Positions 24,250-37,525 of a stretch of DNA of 64,000 nucleotides are shown piece by piece. The position numbers and the translations under genes are program-made. The notes below the pieces were generated by a model. That model was not told the DNA's origin and made no database searches. It saw only the letters and a list, made by a program, of their open reading frames with translations. This DNA comes from Mobula hypostoma (lineage: Eukaryota). Every line of letters begins with the position of its first letter. The first letter of the stretch is position 1. Location: positions 9,860,001 to 9,924,000 of the forward strand of contig NC_086109.1 of the NCBI RefSeq assembly GCF_963921235.1. Reading direction: 5' to 3'.

Positions 24250-24800
24250 AAGTTGTTCTAGCCGGAGGTGGTAATGGGGATAAGCTCTCACTGCCTACTA
24301 AATGGTCCCAATGGTGTGTGCCTCAAATAGTCTCTGACAGCCAAGTTCGGCTCCTGGCCTTCAGAGGTGGCTTAGCAACCAAGACTGGTAGAGCGACTTC
24401 TAATGGCAGGAGAAAGGGCAAAGGCACTTTAAAACCAGTCACTTCAGGCAGGGCTTGTCAGCCATGGTAGGCAGGAAAACTCTGATCTCAAACTTCCACT
24501 GCCTTGTGGCTATACCCACTCATGGGGAAGGCTTCAGGAGTAAACCCCAAGGGAAAAGTCTAGAGCAGCAGTCCCTAAGGCAGCCCTACATTGAGTTCAA
24601 AGTGGACTGGAAACTCCTGAGACAACACGGGTGCCAAACTGTATCGGTCTCTGGTTTTCCTTTGGGTTTCTCAGCTGCATGGAGAGGTGGAGCTTGCTAC
24701 ATGGCCAGCAGCTTGCTCTCTATATTGTACTGCCCTGGCTTGCATATCCAGACAGTTGGGGTGCAGCATCCATGGTTGACGGCAACCAACGGAGGCCAAC
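24250..24800. mobile_element. Unclassified interspersed repeat (inverted copy at 48705-49275)
   Basis: Reverse-complement similarity between the two segments, e.g. GGTGCCAAACTGTATCG vs CGATACAGTTTGGCACC. Confidence 0.7.
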
Positions 24801-25260
24801 ACAAAAGTAATTTTTGTATTGTTGCTGCAAAAGAGCAAATTTCATGTTGTAAGGCAGTGATAGTAAATCTGATACTGATTCTAATTCAGATTTAGATTTA
24901 GATTTTGATTTTGATTCTGATTGTGAAAGGAAGCTCGGATCTGTCATGATTAAAGCAATTTGGTAGACGCATTTGAGCACTTTTCCAACAGTGCGTTACC
25001 TCCAATGAAACACACACAAAATGCCGGAGGAACTCAGTGGGTCAGGCAGCATCAATGGAAAAGAGTAAACAGCCGACATTTCAGGTCCCTGCTGACCCCA
25101 TAGTGCGTTACCTGTAGTGAATTTGTTATATGGTTTGCAATAGGGCAGATTGACTTGGGTTTTATCGTGGCTAGCATAGTTTGTTAGCTGTCTTTGCCAC
25201 CTTGTCAGTCTATGCAATAAGACCATAAGACATGGGAGCAGAATTAGGTCATTTGGCTTA

Positions 25261-25818
25261 TAGATAGATAGATAGACATACTTTATTGATCCCGAGGGAA
25301 ATTGGGTTTCGTTACAGTTGCACCAACCAAGAATAGAGTATAAATATAGCAAAATAAATCCATAAATAATTAAATAATAATATGTAAATTATGCCAGATG
25401 GAAATAAGTCCAGGACCAGCCTATTGGCTCAGGGTGTCTGATCCTCCAAGGGAGGAGTTGTAGAGTTTGATGGCCACAGGCAGGAATGACTTCCTATGAC
25501 ACTCTGTGTTGCATCTCGGTGGAATGAGTCTCTGGCTGAATGTACTCCTGTGCCCACCCAGTACATTATGTAGTGGATGGGAGACATTGTCCAAGATGGC
25601 ATGCAACTTGGACAGCATCCTCTTTTCAGACACCACTGTCAGAGAGTCCAGTTCCATCCCCACAACATCACTGGCCTTACGAATGAGTTTGTTGATTCCG
25701 TTGGTGTCTGCTACCCTCAGCCTGCTGCCCCAGCACACAACAGCAAACATGATAGCACTGGCCACCACAGACTCGTAGAACATCCTCAGCATCGTCCGAC
25801 AGATGTTAAAGGACCTTA
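25261..25818 (-). mobile_element. Young Rex1/Babar LINE 3' fragment with (TATC)n tail
   Basis: Intact ORF 25421-25792 (FYESVVASAIMFAVVCWG...SHPLH...RKSFLPVAIKLYN). Confidence 0.9.
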
Positions 25819-27726
25819 GTCCTTTATCAAGTCCTCTTCATTAATTCATCGTCCCCCTCAACCCCATTCTCCTGCCCTCTCCCTGTACCCTTTGACACTC
25901 TGATTAATTGAGAACCTATCAACTTACGTTTTAAATATGCCCAATGACTTGGACTACACAGCACTCTGTGGCAATGAATTCCACATATTCACCATGCTCT
26001 GGCTAAGGACATTTTTCTCATCTCTGCTCTAAATGGACCTCTCTCAATTGTCTATTTACCCCCGGTCCTAGACTCCTTCACTACAGAAAATCTCCCCACA
26101 TCCATTCTATTCAGACCTTGCAAAATTCAATAGGCTTCAGCGAGATCTCCCCTCATTCTTTTAAACTCCAGCGATTACAGGCTCAGAGCCATCAAACGCT
26201 CCTCATATGTTATCCCTCCCATTAATGGCATCATTCTCGTGAAGCTCTTCTGGATCCTCTCCAATGCCAGCACATCCTTTCTTAGATAAGAGGCCCAAAA
26301 CAGCGCACAATATTCCAAGTGCAGTCTGACCAATACCTTATAAAGCCTCAGCATTATATCCTTGTTTTTGTATTCTGGTCCTCTCAAAATGAATGCTAAC
26401 ATTGCATTTGCCTCCCCTATCTATGATTCTATGACCTCTGACTCAACCTACAAGTTAACCTTTAGGGAATCCTGCACAACGACTCCCAATGCTCTCTGCA
26501 CTACTGATTTTTGAATTTTCTCCCCATTTAGAAAATGGTGCATGCCTTTATTCCTTATGCCAAAGTACAAGACCATGTACTTCCCTACATTATATTCTAT
26601 CTGCCACTTATTTGCTCGTTCACTAATCTAAGTCCTTTTGCAGACACCCAGGTTCTTCACCACTGCCTACATCTCTACTCATCTTCATATTGCCAACAAA
26701 CTTGGTCACAAAGCCGTCAATTCCTTCATCCAAATCATTGACACATAATGTGAACAGAAGCGGTTCCAACACTGACCCCCATGGCCCACAACTAGTCATG
26801 GGCAGCTAATCAAAATAGGCCCCCTTTAATCCCATTCGTTGTCTCCTGCCAGTCAGCCAATCTTCTATCCATGCTAGCATCTTTCCTGCAATACCATGGA
26901 TTCTTACCTTGTTAAGCAACCTCATATGGTGCGCCTAATCAAAGGCCTTCTGAAAATCCAACTAAACTACATCAACCAACTCTCGTTTGTCTATCCTGCC
27001 AGTTATTTCCTCAAAGAATTCCAACAGGTTTGTCAGGCAAGATTTCCTCTTTAGAAAACCATGCTGACTGTGGCCGAATTTATCATGTGCCTACAAGCAC
27101 CCTGAAACCTCATCCTTAATAATAGATTACAAAATCTTTCCAACCATTGAAGTCATGCTAACTGGCCTATAATTTACCTTCTTCTGCCTCCCTCCCTCTG
27201 TAAAGAGCAGAGTGATGTTTACAAGTTTCCAGTCCTCAGGAACCATGCCAGGAACTATTGATTCCTGAAAGATCAATACCAATGCCTCCACAATCTCTTC
27301 AGCTACCTTCTACAGAAGATGTTCAGAACCTGTGCATAGTCTATCTGGTCCAGATGACTTATTTATCTTTAGATCTAGCGGCTTCCCAAGCACCTTCTTA
27401 GTAATAGCAATGACTCTCACTTCTGCCCCCGACACTCTCTAATTTCTGGCATTCTGTCATTGTATTCCACAGTGAAGACTGGCACAAAAAATTATTAAGT
27501 TCATTCGCCATTTCTTTGTCCCCTGTTACTACTTATCCAGCACCATTTTCCAGCAGGCTATTATCCACACTCACCTCTCTTTTACACTTTAAATATCTCA
27601 AAAATCTTTCTGTATCTTCTCTTATGTTATTGGTTAACTTCCCTTCATATTTCATCTATTCTCTCTTTATGGCTTTTTAATTGCCTTCTGTTGGTTTTTT
27701 TAAAGCTTCCCAGTCCTCCACTTTCC

Positions 27727-27943
27727 CAAACACGAGGAAATCTGCAGATGCTGGAATTTTAAGCAACGCACATAAAAGTTGCTGGTGAACGCAGCAGGCC
27801 AGGCAGCATTTCTAGGAAGAGGCACAGTCGACGTTTCGGGCCGAGGGTCCTGACGAAGGGTCTCAGCCTGAAACGTCGACTGTACCTCTTCCTAGAGATG
27901 CTGCCTGGCCTGCTGCATTCACCAGCAACTTTTATGTGTGTTG
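27727..27943. mobile_element. Palindromic Penelope pseudo-LTR insertion with 11-bp TSD
   Basis: Long inverted repeat centred at ~27846; TSD CTCCACTTTCC at 27716-27726 and 27944-27954. Confidence 0.88.
27847..27880 (+). ncRNA. Minimal type I hammerhead ribozyme (Penelope-associated)
   Basis: GTC-CTGACGA-AGGGTCTCAGCCT-GAAAC-GTC-GAC: core boxes, stem I GTC/GAC, stem II and a GUC cleavage triplet. Confidence 0.78.
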
Positions 27944-29457
27944 CTCCACTTTCCGATTATTTTTTGCTATCTTATATGCCCCCTCTTTTGTTTTTACACT
28001 GTCTTCAACTTCCCCTGTCAGCAACAATTGCCTCATCCTCCCTTTAGAATACATCTTCATCTTTAGGATGTATCTTCCCTGCACCTTCTGAATTTCCCCG
28101 AGAAGCATCAACCATTCCTTTTCTGCTGTCATTTCTTCTCGTGTCCCATTTCCAATCAACTTTGGCCAGCTCCTCTGTCATGCCCCTGTAATTCCCTTTA
28201 CTCCACTGTCATACTGATATATCTGACTTTATTTTCTCCCTCTCAAAATGCAGGGTGAATTCGATCATATTATGATCACTGTCTCCTAAGGTTTTCCTTA
28301 CGTTAACCTTCCTAATCAAATTGGGTCATTACTTAACACTCAATCCAGTATTGCCATTCCACTAGTGGACTCTCTAAAAAGCCATTCTACAAATTTCCTT
28401 TCTTGGAATCTGGCAACAACCGGATTTTCCCAATCAACCTGCATATTGAAATCCTCCATGACCATTGAACCATTGCCCTTTTTAACATACCTTTTCTATC
28501 TCCCGTTGTAATTTATATCGTACATTCTGGCTACTGTTTGGAGACCTGTATGTAAGTCTCTTCAGTGTCTTTTTATCCTTGCAGTTTCCTAACTCTACCC
28601 ACACAATTCTACATCTTCTGATCCAATGTCACCTCTTTCTAAGGATTTGATTTCAGTTTTTACCAACAGAACCACCCCAAGTCCCTTGCCACCTGCCTGT
28701 CCCTTCGATACAAGATGTATCCTTGGATGTTGAGCTCCCAACTATGATCTTCTTTCAGCCACAGCTCAGAGCTGCCCACAACATCATACCTGCCAACCTC
28801 TGACTACCCAACAGGATCATCTACCTTATTCCGTATACTGTGTCCATTCAAACATAACACCTTCAGTCCTGTATTCGTCGCCCTATTTGATTTTGCCCTC
28901 TTGTTACACTCTAGCCCATCGTACTGACTGCAATTTTGCCCTATCATCTGCCTGTCAGTCCTCACAGTCTCACTACACACTGCTTCTACTTGTGTACCAA
29001 CCTAACACTCTGATTTCCATCCCCCTGTCAGTTTAGTTTAAACTCTCCCCAATAGCTCTTGCAAATCTGCTGCAAGGATATTGGTCCCCCTCAGGTTTAG
29101 GTGTAACCCATCCCTTTTTTAACAGGTCATACCTTCCCCAGAAAAGATCTCAAAAATCCAGAAATCCGAAACCCTGCCCCATTTACAAATTCCTCAGCCA
29201 TGCATTCATCTGCCAGATCACCCAATTCTTACTCTCACTGGCATGTGGCACAACAGCAATCCAGAGATTACTACCCTGGAAGTCTTGCTTTTCAGCTTTC
29301 TGTCTAATTCCCTGTTTTCTCTCTTCAGGGCCTTCTCCCTTATCCTACCAAAATGCAACATGATTTCCAGTTGTTCACCCTCCCCCTTTAGAATGCTGTG
29401 GACCTGATTTGAGACATCCTTGACACTGGCACTTGGGAGACAGCATATTATCTGGGT

Positions 29458-29670
29458 AATACACACACAAAATGCTGGAGGAACTCAGCAGGCCAGGCAG
29501 CATCTATGGGAAAAAGTACACTTGACGTTTCAGGACGAGACCCTTCAGTCCTTCGAAGGGTCTCGGCCCAAAACGTTGACTGTACTTTTGTCCATAGATG
29601 CTGCCTGGCCTGCTGAGTTCCTCCAGCATTTTGTGTGTATTGGTTAGCTTTCCAGCATCTGCAGATTTTG
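29458..29670. mobile_element. Palindromic Penelope pseudo-LTR insertion with a decayed hammerhead
   Basis: Near-perfect inverted arms ACACAAAATGCTGGAGGAACTCAGCAGGCCAGGCAGCATCTATGG; the ribozyme core is mutated. Confidence 0.85.
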
Positions 29671-30504
29671 TTCAAAGTATATTTATTATCAAAGTATGTA
29701 TACTATATAGAACCATGGCTGCCTGCAAGAAGACGAATCTCAAGGTTGTATATAGTATGCATACTTTGATAATTTATACACTTTGAACTTTGATTATCGA
29801 ATCCCCTATCATTACTGTACTCCTTTTCTTCCACCTTCCTTTCTGAGCCACAGAGCCAGAGACCTGCTTGCTGCAACTTTCCCTGGTGGGTCCCACCACC
29901 CAACAGTATCCGAAGTGGTATACTTGTTATTAAGGGGTACTCTGCACTGGCTGCCTATTTCCTTCCCCTTTCTTGACAGTCAGCCAGCTGGTAACTAACA
30001 CAAGGTTGACTCAAACCCACTTGCAGGCAGAGAAGACCCAGCCAATCTCCCAGGGCACTGTTTTGAAGAGTTATCCACAATGACATGGACAAAATGTATT
30101 ACTGTCATGCTTTCTTAAATAGGAGAGTGCATGGTTGTTTATACGATCTTTAATTAATTATTAGTTAATTGCCCATTACTCCACTGGCATTTAGGGCAAC
30201 AATGAAGATCCTCCATCTGTCTGTCCTTGGCCACATAAAAGGAATCTTCATTGCTGTTTCTGTGACAGTTTCTTTTACCAGTCAGTGTTGTTAGCCCTGA
30301 GATGAACCCCCAAACCTGAAGCACCAGTGGAGCACTTTTAATCTAGTCTCTACGTTTTGACCTGCTTGGCATGGGTGATCCTACCAAGAGCCACAGCATA
30401 AAGCCCTGACTCCAGCCAACATTGCTTTCTGTGTCATTGAGGCATGATTGAGGCCTCCAAACCCTATGACAAGCTTGTGGTCCTCTTGGAGGTTATAGGA
30501 TCTT

Positions 30505-30845
30505 AAACATAGAACATAGAATACAGGCCCTTCGGCCCACAATGTTGTGCCGACCCTCAAACCCTGCCTCCCATATAACCCCCCACCTTAAATTCCTCCA
30601 TATACCTGTCTAGTAGTCTCTTAAACTTCACTAGTGTATCTGCCTCCACCACCGACTCAGGCAGTGCATTCCACGCACCAACCACTCTGAGTAAAAATCC
30701 TTCCTCTAATATCCCCCTTGAACTTCCCACCCCTTACCTTAAAGTCATGTCCTCTTGTATTGAGCAGTGGTGCCCTGGGGAAGAGGCGCTGGCTATCCAC
30801 TCTATCTATTCCTCCTAATATCTTGTACACCTCCATTATGTCTTC
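30505..30845 (-). mobile_element. Short CR1 3' end, same family as 10748-11452
   Basis: ORF 30657-30851 is almost identical to the C-terminus of ORF 10764-11378. Confidence 0.92.
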
Positions 30846-31029
30846 TCCCATCTTGTGTGAAAATTGGTAACTCAGACTTGGTCATTACATTCAGAAATGT
30901 TTTACTAGATGTAAATCATGTTGCCAAGTCCTGAAAGTATTTTCTAATTACCTCATAGATATACAAAAGATCATAGGGAAACAGAGGCATGTATTGAATC
31001 TTAATAAATTTAACTCTTTAGATTTAACA

Positions 31030-32560
31030 GTGAGAGAGAGGAACTCAGCAGGTTGAGTAGCATCTAAGGGGCAAAAGAAATTGTCACACTTTCAGGTAAA
31101 ATCCCTACATCAGAAAGAATTGACAGCCTGAGACTCCGACAATTCCTTTCTTCCACAGATGCTGCTCGACCCGCTGAGTTCTTCCAGCAGATTGGATGGC
31201 GCTCCAGATTCCAGCATCTGCAGATTTTTATTTTCTCTAATTCACTGCAGTATTGGTTTATTCTAATCATTGACTCTGGGGGTGGGGTTGACTTGAGGAA
31301 AGAATAGAGGGGACACCTATTGCGATTCCCATTTCCGTTCTGACGTGTTGGCCGATGGCCTTCTCTTGGGCCAAGATAATGCCACCCTCCGGATGTATGA
31401 ATAACACTTTATATTCTGTCTTGGTACTGTGCAACCTGACGGCATAAATATTGATCTCTCAGTCCGGTAACCAAATTACACCTCCCCCCCATTCCTCTAT
31501 TCTCCATTCTGACCTTTCTCCTCACCTGCCTATCACCTCCCCCTGGTGTCCCCTTTCTCCTATGGTCTACTCTCCTCTTTTATCAGATTCTTTCTTCTCC
31601 AGCTCTTTACTTTTCCTACCCACCTGGCTTCACCTATCACTTTCCAGCTATCCACTTTCCTCTCACCCCTCCTTTTTTCCTGGTATTTTTCCCGGTATTT
31701 TTCCCCTTTCTGTTCAGTCCTGAAGAAGGGTCTTGGCCCAAAACTTAGATTGTTTACTCATTTCCATAGATGCTGTTCCTCCAGTATTTTGTGTGTGTTG
31801 CTTTAGAATAGGGAGGTATTTCATAGGCATACAAGAGATTCTGCAAATGTTGGAAATCTTGAGCAACACACCCAAAGGCTGGGAGAGCTCAGCAAGTCAG
31901 GCAGCATCTATGGAGGGGGATAAAGAAACAGCTGATGTTCTGGGCTGGATCCTTCAACAGGATGAGAAAGGAAGGGGGCAGAAGCCAGAGTAAGGAGGTA
32001 GAGGGAGGGGGAAGCACAATCTGGCAGGTGACAGGTAAAACTAGGTGAAGTGTATGAGTGAGGGAGGGGTTATGATGTTTATTTTATTTAGAGGTGCAGC
32101 GCAGATCAGGACCTTCCAGCCGAATGAGCTGCGCTGTCCCAACAACTTACCTATTTAACACGAGTCTAATAACAGACAATTTACAATGTCCAATTAACCT
32201 ACTAACTGGCACGTCTTTATAAGAAGCTGTGAGGTGATAGGTGGAAGAGGTAAATGTCTGATGAAGAAGGAATCTGATTGGACAGGACAGTAGCTATGGA
32301 AGAAAGTAAAGGAGGAGGGGCACCAGAGGGAGGTGATGGGCAGGAGAAGAGAAAGAGTAAGAGGGGACCCAGAATGGGGAGTGGGAAAAGTGAAAAAGGG
32401 GAGGGAGGAGAAGTTACGGAAAGCTGGATAAATCAATGTTCATGCTGTCAGTTTGGAGATTACCCAGACGAAGAATGAGGTGTTGCTCCTCCAACCTGAG
32501 AGTGGCCTCATCGTGGCAGAAGAGGAGGCCATGGATAGACATGTCACTATGGAAACGGGT
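31030..32560. mobile_element. Cluster of old Penelope-like remnants in both orientations
   Basis: Pseudo-LTR motifs at 31035-31230, 31710-31805 and 31830-31970; GIY-YIG-derived DNA at 31320-31465 (+) and 32420-32555 (-). Confidence 0.72.
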
Positions 32561-33454
32561 ATGCGCATAGGTAAAGGAATTTATATCTTGGTTTACTCTA
32601 ATGGAAGAGGGCCTGTGATGTCATGCTATGTCTGTAGGCGAACAACTTTTGAGGAAAAAAATCCAAAATGCCAGCTGCTGAACATATAGGACTGTAATCA
32701 AGGTGTTTGAATTTTGGTGGGGCACATCTGTGATCATAATTCTCACATACTCAAAACTGTGAAGTTCTATGACAAGTTTGTCTTTATAAATCCATTGGTG
32801 ACATTTTGCTGGAACCCAAAATATATCATTCAGGTATTCCTTTAGAACTTCTGTAATAACTTTCAGCTCATGCATTTAATAAGTAGAATGCCCATGTTTT
32901 TAATGATACAATATATGACAAATAGAAGTGTGGAGACCATGGACAATCAACTCACAGATGGTATAAGGTATCGTTACTTTTGGAGATATCCAGACTGTCT
33001 GTATCATGGTCTGGTTTGGCATTGCAAATGCATAGGAAGCTGAGTAGATCATGGACTCAGCCTGATAATCAAGATCACATTCCTCCTCACCATTGGTAGT
33101 ATCAAAAGGAGGAGCTGCCACAAGAAGGCAACATCTATCATCAAAGACTCCCCCCCCCCCCCCATCTGGGCCATCTTCTCACAGCTACCATTGGACAGGA
33201 GGTACAGAAGCCAGAAGTCACACCCCACCAGGTTTAAGAAGAGCTACTTCCCTTCAACCGTTTGCTTCTTGAAACAACCAGCACAACCCTAATCACTACA
33301 GTTAAGCATAACTATAACTACATTGATGACTTCGCAGTAAATTGCACTTTGTGATTTCTTTTTGTCTTCTTTCTTGTAAAATATCTGTATAATTTACACT
33401 TGCTTTAATTGTGAATGTTATTTATCTGATGATACATGCCTGTGATTGAAAGAT

Positions 33455-33758
33455 GAGCTTTATTTGTCACATGCACACCGAAACATACATTGAAATGTGT
33501 CACTTTGCGTCAACAGCTGCTGGGGATGTGCTGGGGGGCAGCCCGCAAGTGTCGCTACACTTCCAGCACCATCGTAGCGTGCCCGCAACTCACTAACCTT
33601 AACTGTACGTCTTTGGAACGTGGGAGGAAACCGGAGCACCCGGAGGAAACCCATGCGGTCACAGTACAAACTCCTTATAGACAATGGGAGGAATCGAACC
33701 CTGATCGCTGGTCACCTACGCTGTAAAGCGACCGTGCTCACCACTACGCTACCATGCC
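33455..33758 (-). mobile_element. tRNA-derived V-SINE (HE1-like)
   Basis: Minus strand: TGGTAGCGTAGTGG A box, GGTTCGATTCC B box, and V-domain GGGTTTCCTCCGGGTGCTCCGGTTTCCTCCCAC. Confidence 0.85.
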
Positions 33759-34194
33759 GCTCTAACCTTGCAGCTACCGTGTTGCTGCAGGTAAGCTTTG
33801 TTCATTGCAGCTGTGCATACACCTACTTGTGCATATGATAATAAACTCGACTCTGACCTAAAGCAGATTCAGAAAGGAAATTCCCTTCCCTAAGGAAAAT
33901 TAGTGAACTAATCAGCATTTTTGACAACCCAGTGTCTGTCTCCCTCTACAGATTCATGACACAACACATCTGCTTAGTCAACACATCTTAGGCAACAAAA
34001 ATGTTAATTGTCTGCAGTCAATCAAAGCTAATCAAATCTGAATACCAAAAGTTGGTGGATAATGGACTTAAACCTGATACCTGATTAATGAAGAAATGTC
34101 ATGTGTGTGCTTTTCTTAAGTCTGTTCAAAGTTCAAATTACATCAAACCCCAGAACTATTTTATAATGCTTAAAAAGATTTTAAATGATTAGAT

Positions 34195-34492
34195 TAGCTT
34201 TATTTGTCGCATTTACATTGAAACATACAGTGAAATGCGATGTTTGTGTCAAGGACCAACGCAGTCTGAGGATTGTGCCCGATTCAGCCCACAAGTGTTG
34301 CCTTGCTTCCGGTGCCAACTCAGCATGCCCACAACTTACTAACCCTTATCATCCTGTACATCTTTGAAATGTGGGAGGAAACTGGAGCACCTGGAGGAAA
34401 TCCACACAATAACGGGGAGTGGCGAGAATTGACGGCCCAATCACTGATCGCTGGCGCTGTAAATGGTTGTGCTAACCACAACGCAACCGTGA
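34195..34492 (-). mobile_element. V-SINE (HE1-like), degenerate
   Basis: V-domain core GTGGGAGGAAACTGGAGCACCTGGAGGAAAT. Confidence 0.75.
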
Positions 34493-36096
34493 TGAACTTT
34501 AGATGTCCTAATCTCCCTTGCTGAGGATCTTGCACTATATTTGCCGACTATCACTGTACCATCTCTGTAATGGCAGCATTATTCTACCTTCCCTCAACAC
34601 CTCCCTCCTTTTATTCTGCTCTGAGAATCCGTACCTTCAAGCCTTTTCACTTCCACCTATCATATCCCAGCTTCTGACATCATACCCATTCACCTGCCTA
34701 TCACTCACTCACCTGGATCCACCAATCACCTGTCAGCTCAGAATCCAATACCTTGCCATGAAAAGACACCTGGATAGGCTAATGGACCCGTGTACCATGA
34801 ACCCTCTGATGAAGTTCTGAGCTTGTCCTGATTCATTCCACAGTTAGTAGGTGTCCTGATAACCTATGTCCTTAACAAGTTCTTCGACAGTTCTTGAGTA
34901 AACAAGAAAGCTGAGTGCAAACCCTTACAGTTCTCCCCTTGATGGCAGAGAGAAGAGAAAGGGCAGTAGCTGGGTGAGTTGCCTTCACTGAGTTCAAATC
35001 GTGAAACAGGAAGGCAGCAACAATCTGTACCACAAATAGGAGTGTTTCACTGACTAGATGCGTCAGTATCTGGTACAACAATTCAAAGGCACAGGAACGT
35101 AAGAAGCTGCAGAGAGCAGTGGACTCTACCCAATACATCACAGGCACATCCTTCCCCACCATTAGCAGTATCTACAAGGAGGCGCTGCCTCAGATGGCTC
35201 CATAAAAGATCCCCACCAGCCAGGTCATGCAGCTAGCATTGGCCAGGAGATAAAGAAGCCTGAAGTCACACACCACCAGGTTCAGGAGCACATACAGTAC
35301 TTTTCTTCACCCATTCTGTTCCTGAGGCACCATTATAATCATTATCCTCGAATAGCAATACTATGAACACTTTGATTACGTTCCACAACTATAGACTTTT
35401 TTGTTCTAATTGTCTTCTTGCTTGTATAATTTATACTTCATTGGTATATTTCTTTCTTGTGAATGCTGCTTAAGTGATGATACAGGTCTGTGGGGCGTGA
35501 AAGATTTTCACCGCACCCGTCCACACGTGAACTTCCGCAAATGACAACAAATTCAACTTTGACTCATCAGAGACAATGATAAATGGGTTTCAGCCCAGAA
35601 CGTTGACTCTTTATCCCTCTCCATAGATGCTACCTGACCTGCTGAGATCATTCATCATTTTGTGTGTGTTGCTCTGGATCTCTAGCAAATGCAGAACCTC
35701 TTGAGTTGACCATTATAACTGTGATGTTTTCCAATGGTTCCCAAACTTTTCTATGCCATTAAGCAAGGGGTCCATGGACCTTAGGCAGGGAACCCATGTA
35801 GCGGAGTTTTAGATATATATTTCCTGTAACATTAGTAATTATATAACCCAACTGTAACCCTGTTAACCTAGTGGAAATGTTACTTTTTCAGCCAAATGAG
35901 GTCCTGTACAATTTTTATCCTGCATCATCCCACAATCTCTTTTATCTCTTACCATCTTGTATCATAGCATTAGGACAAGGACTGTTAGGATGGGAAAAAG
36001 CTTCTTCCTTCAAGCCGGGAGACAAGTGAACTCCTTGCCATCACACAGGTCTCATTCATGTTTGAAGTGCCAGTAGCATTATACTGTTTACTATTT

Positions 36097-36280
36097 CTCC
36101 TTCCCACCCTCCCCCCACCTTCTTTATGGGGCCTCTGCCCCTTCCCTCTTCAGTCCTGACGAAGGGTTCCGGCCCGAAACGTTGACCGATCTTTTCCACG
36201 GATGCTGCCTGACCTGCTGAGTTCCTCCAGCGTGTTGTGAGTGTTGCTTTGACCCCAGCATCTACAGAGTATTTTGTGTT
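36097..36280 (+). mobile_element. Short Penelope 3'/pseudo-LTR insertion with 15-bp TSD
   Basis: TSD TACTGTTTACTATTT at 36082-36096 and 36281-36295. Confidence 0.88.
36153..36186 (+). ncRNA. Minimal type I hammerhead ribozyme (Penelope-associated), core intact
   Basis: GTC-CTGACGA-A-GGG-TTCCGG-CCC-GAAAC-GTT-GAC, with palindromic AACGTT in place of stem III. Confidence 0.82.
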
Positions 36281-36419
36281 TACTGTTTACTATTTAACTT
36301 GTGTTTCAAATGCACCTTATGCTAGTCAATCTTCTGGAATGTATTTTATTATTTGTGGTTATATTACTTTGTGTGTTATGTGTGAGTTATATGTACTATG
36401 TTGTGTACCAGAGGAATGT

Positions 36420-37040
36420 TCAAGTCAAGTCAAGTCACTTTTTATTGTCATTTCGACCATAACTGCTGGTACAGTACCCAGTAAAAACGAGACAACGTTT
36501 TTCCAGACCATGGTGCTACATGAAACAATACGAAAACTACACTGAACTACATAAAACAACACAAAAACTACACTAGACTACAGACCTATCCAAGACTGCA
36601 TAAAGTGCACAAAACAGTGCAGGCATTACAATAAATAATAAACAAGACAATAGGCACAGTGGAGGGTATAGTAGGTTGGTGTGAGTCCAGGCTCTGGGTA
36701 TTGAGGAGTCTGATGGCTTGGGGGAAGAAACTGTTACATAGTCTGGTCGTGAGAGCCCGAATGCTTCGGTGCCTTTTGCCAGATGGCAGGAGGGAGAAGA
36801 GTTTATATGAGGAGTGCGTGGGGTCCTTCATAATGCTGTTTGCTTTGCGGATGCAGCGTGTGGTGAAAATCTCTGTAATGGCGGGAAGAGAGACCCTGAC
36901 GATCTTCTCAGCTGACCTCACTATCCGTTGCAGGGTCTTGCAATCCGAACTGGTGCAATTTCCGAACCAGGCAGTGATGCAGCTGCTCAAGATGCTCTCA
37001 ATATGACCTCTGTAGAATGTGGTGAGGGTGGGGAGTGGGA
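36420..37040 (-). mobile_element. Young Rex1/Babar-type LINE 3' fragment with (CTTGA)n tail
   Basis: ORF 36586-37095 (FYRGHIESILSSCITAWFG...NSFFPQAIRLLN); CAAGT repeats at 36421-36436. Confidence 0.9.
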
Positions 37041-37184
37041 GACGGACTGTTTCTTTTGGCGGTATACATGACAATAAACACGAACTTGATCGCACATCTC
37101 CTTGTTGTCACATCGCTCTGTGTGGCAGCTTGTGTACACAACATGGCTGCAATATTTCCCAGAATCCCATGTTGTCAGAGCTTG

Positions 37185-37525
37185 GAAGCATGGTGGTTAG
37201 TGCAATCGTTTTATAGGGCCGATGATCAGTGATTGGGGTTCAATCCCCACTGCTGTCTGTACACTCTACCCATGACCGCCTGGGTTTCCTACAGGTGCTC
37301 CAGTTTCCTTCCATATATAACCATATAACCATATAACAATTACAGCACGGTCCTTCTAGTCCACATCCCAAAGATGTATAAGTTATGGTTAGTGAGTTGT
37401 GGGCATGTTATGTTGGCGCCTGAAGCGTGGCGACATTTACAGGCTGACTCTGGCAGATTTGATTTGACGCAAATGATACGTTACACTGTATGTTTTGATT
37501 TACATGTGACAAATAAAGCTAATTT
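37185..37525 (+). mobile_element. V-SINE (HE1-like), degenerate
   Basis: B-box GGGTTCAATCCC and V-domain GGGTTTCCTACAGGTGCTCCAGTTTCCT. Confidence 0.75.

Larger units (their letters stand above)
25220..29995 (-). mobile_element. Near-full-length degenerate CR1 LINE with ORF1 SGNH/GDSL esterase remnant and ORF2, carrying several nested insertions
   Basis: ORF1 remnants: VMIGDSII (~29795-29818) and CCLPSASVKDVS...LKSKTSRVVISGLL (29218-29466). ORF2 remnants at 27932-28159 and 26175-26402. CATAAGA tail at ~25220. Confidence 0.88.

Noticed and set aside
32621..32875. 84-aa minus-strand ORF as an exon
   Set aside because: No recognisable motif or convincing splice sites; the length is compatible with chance.
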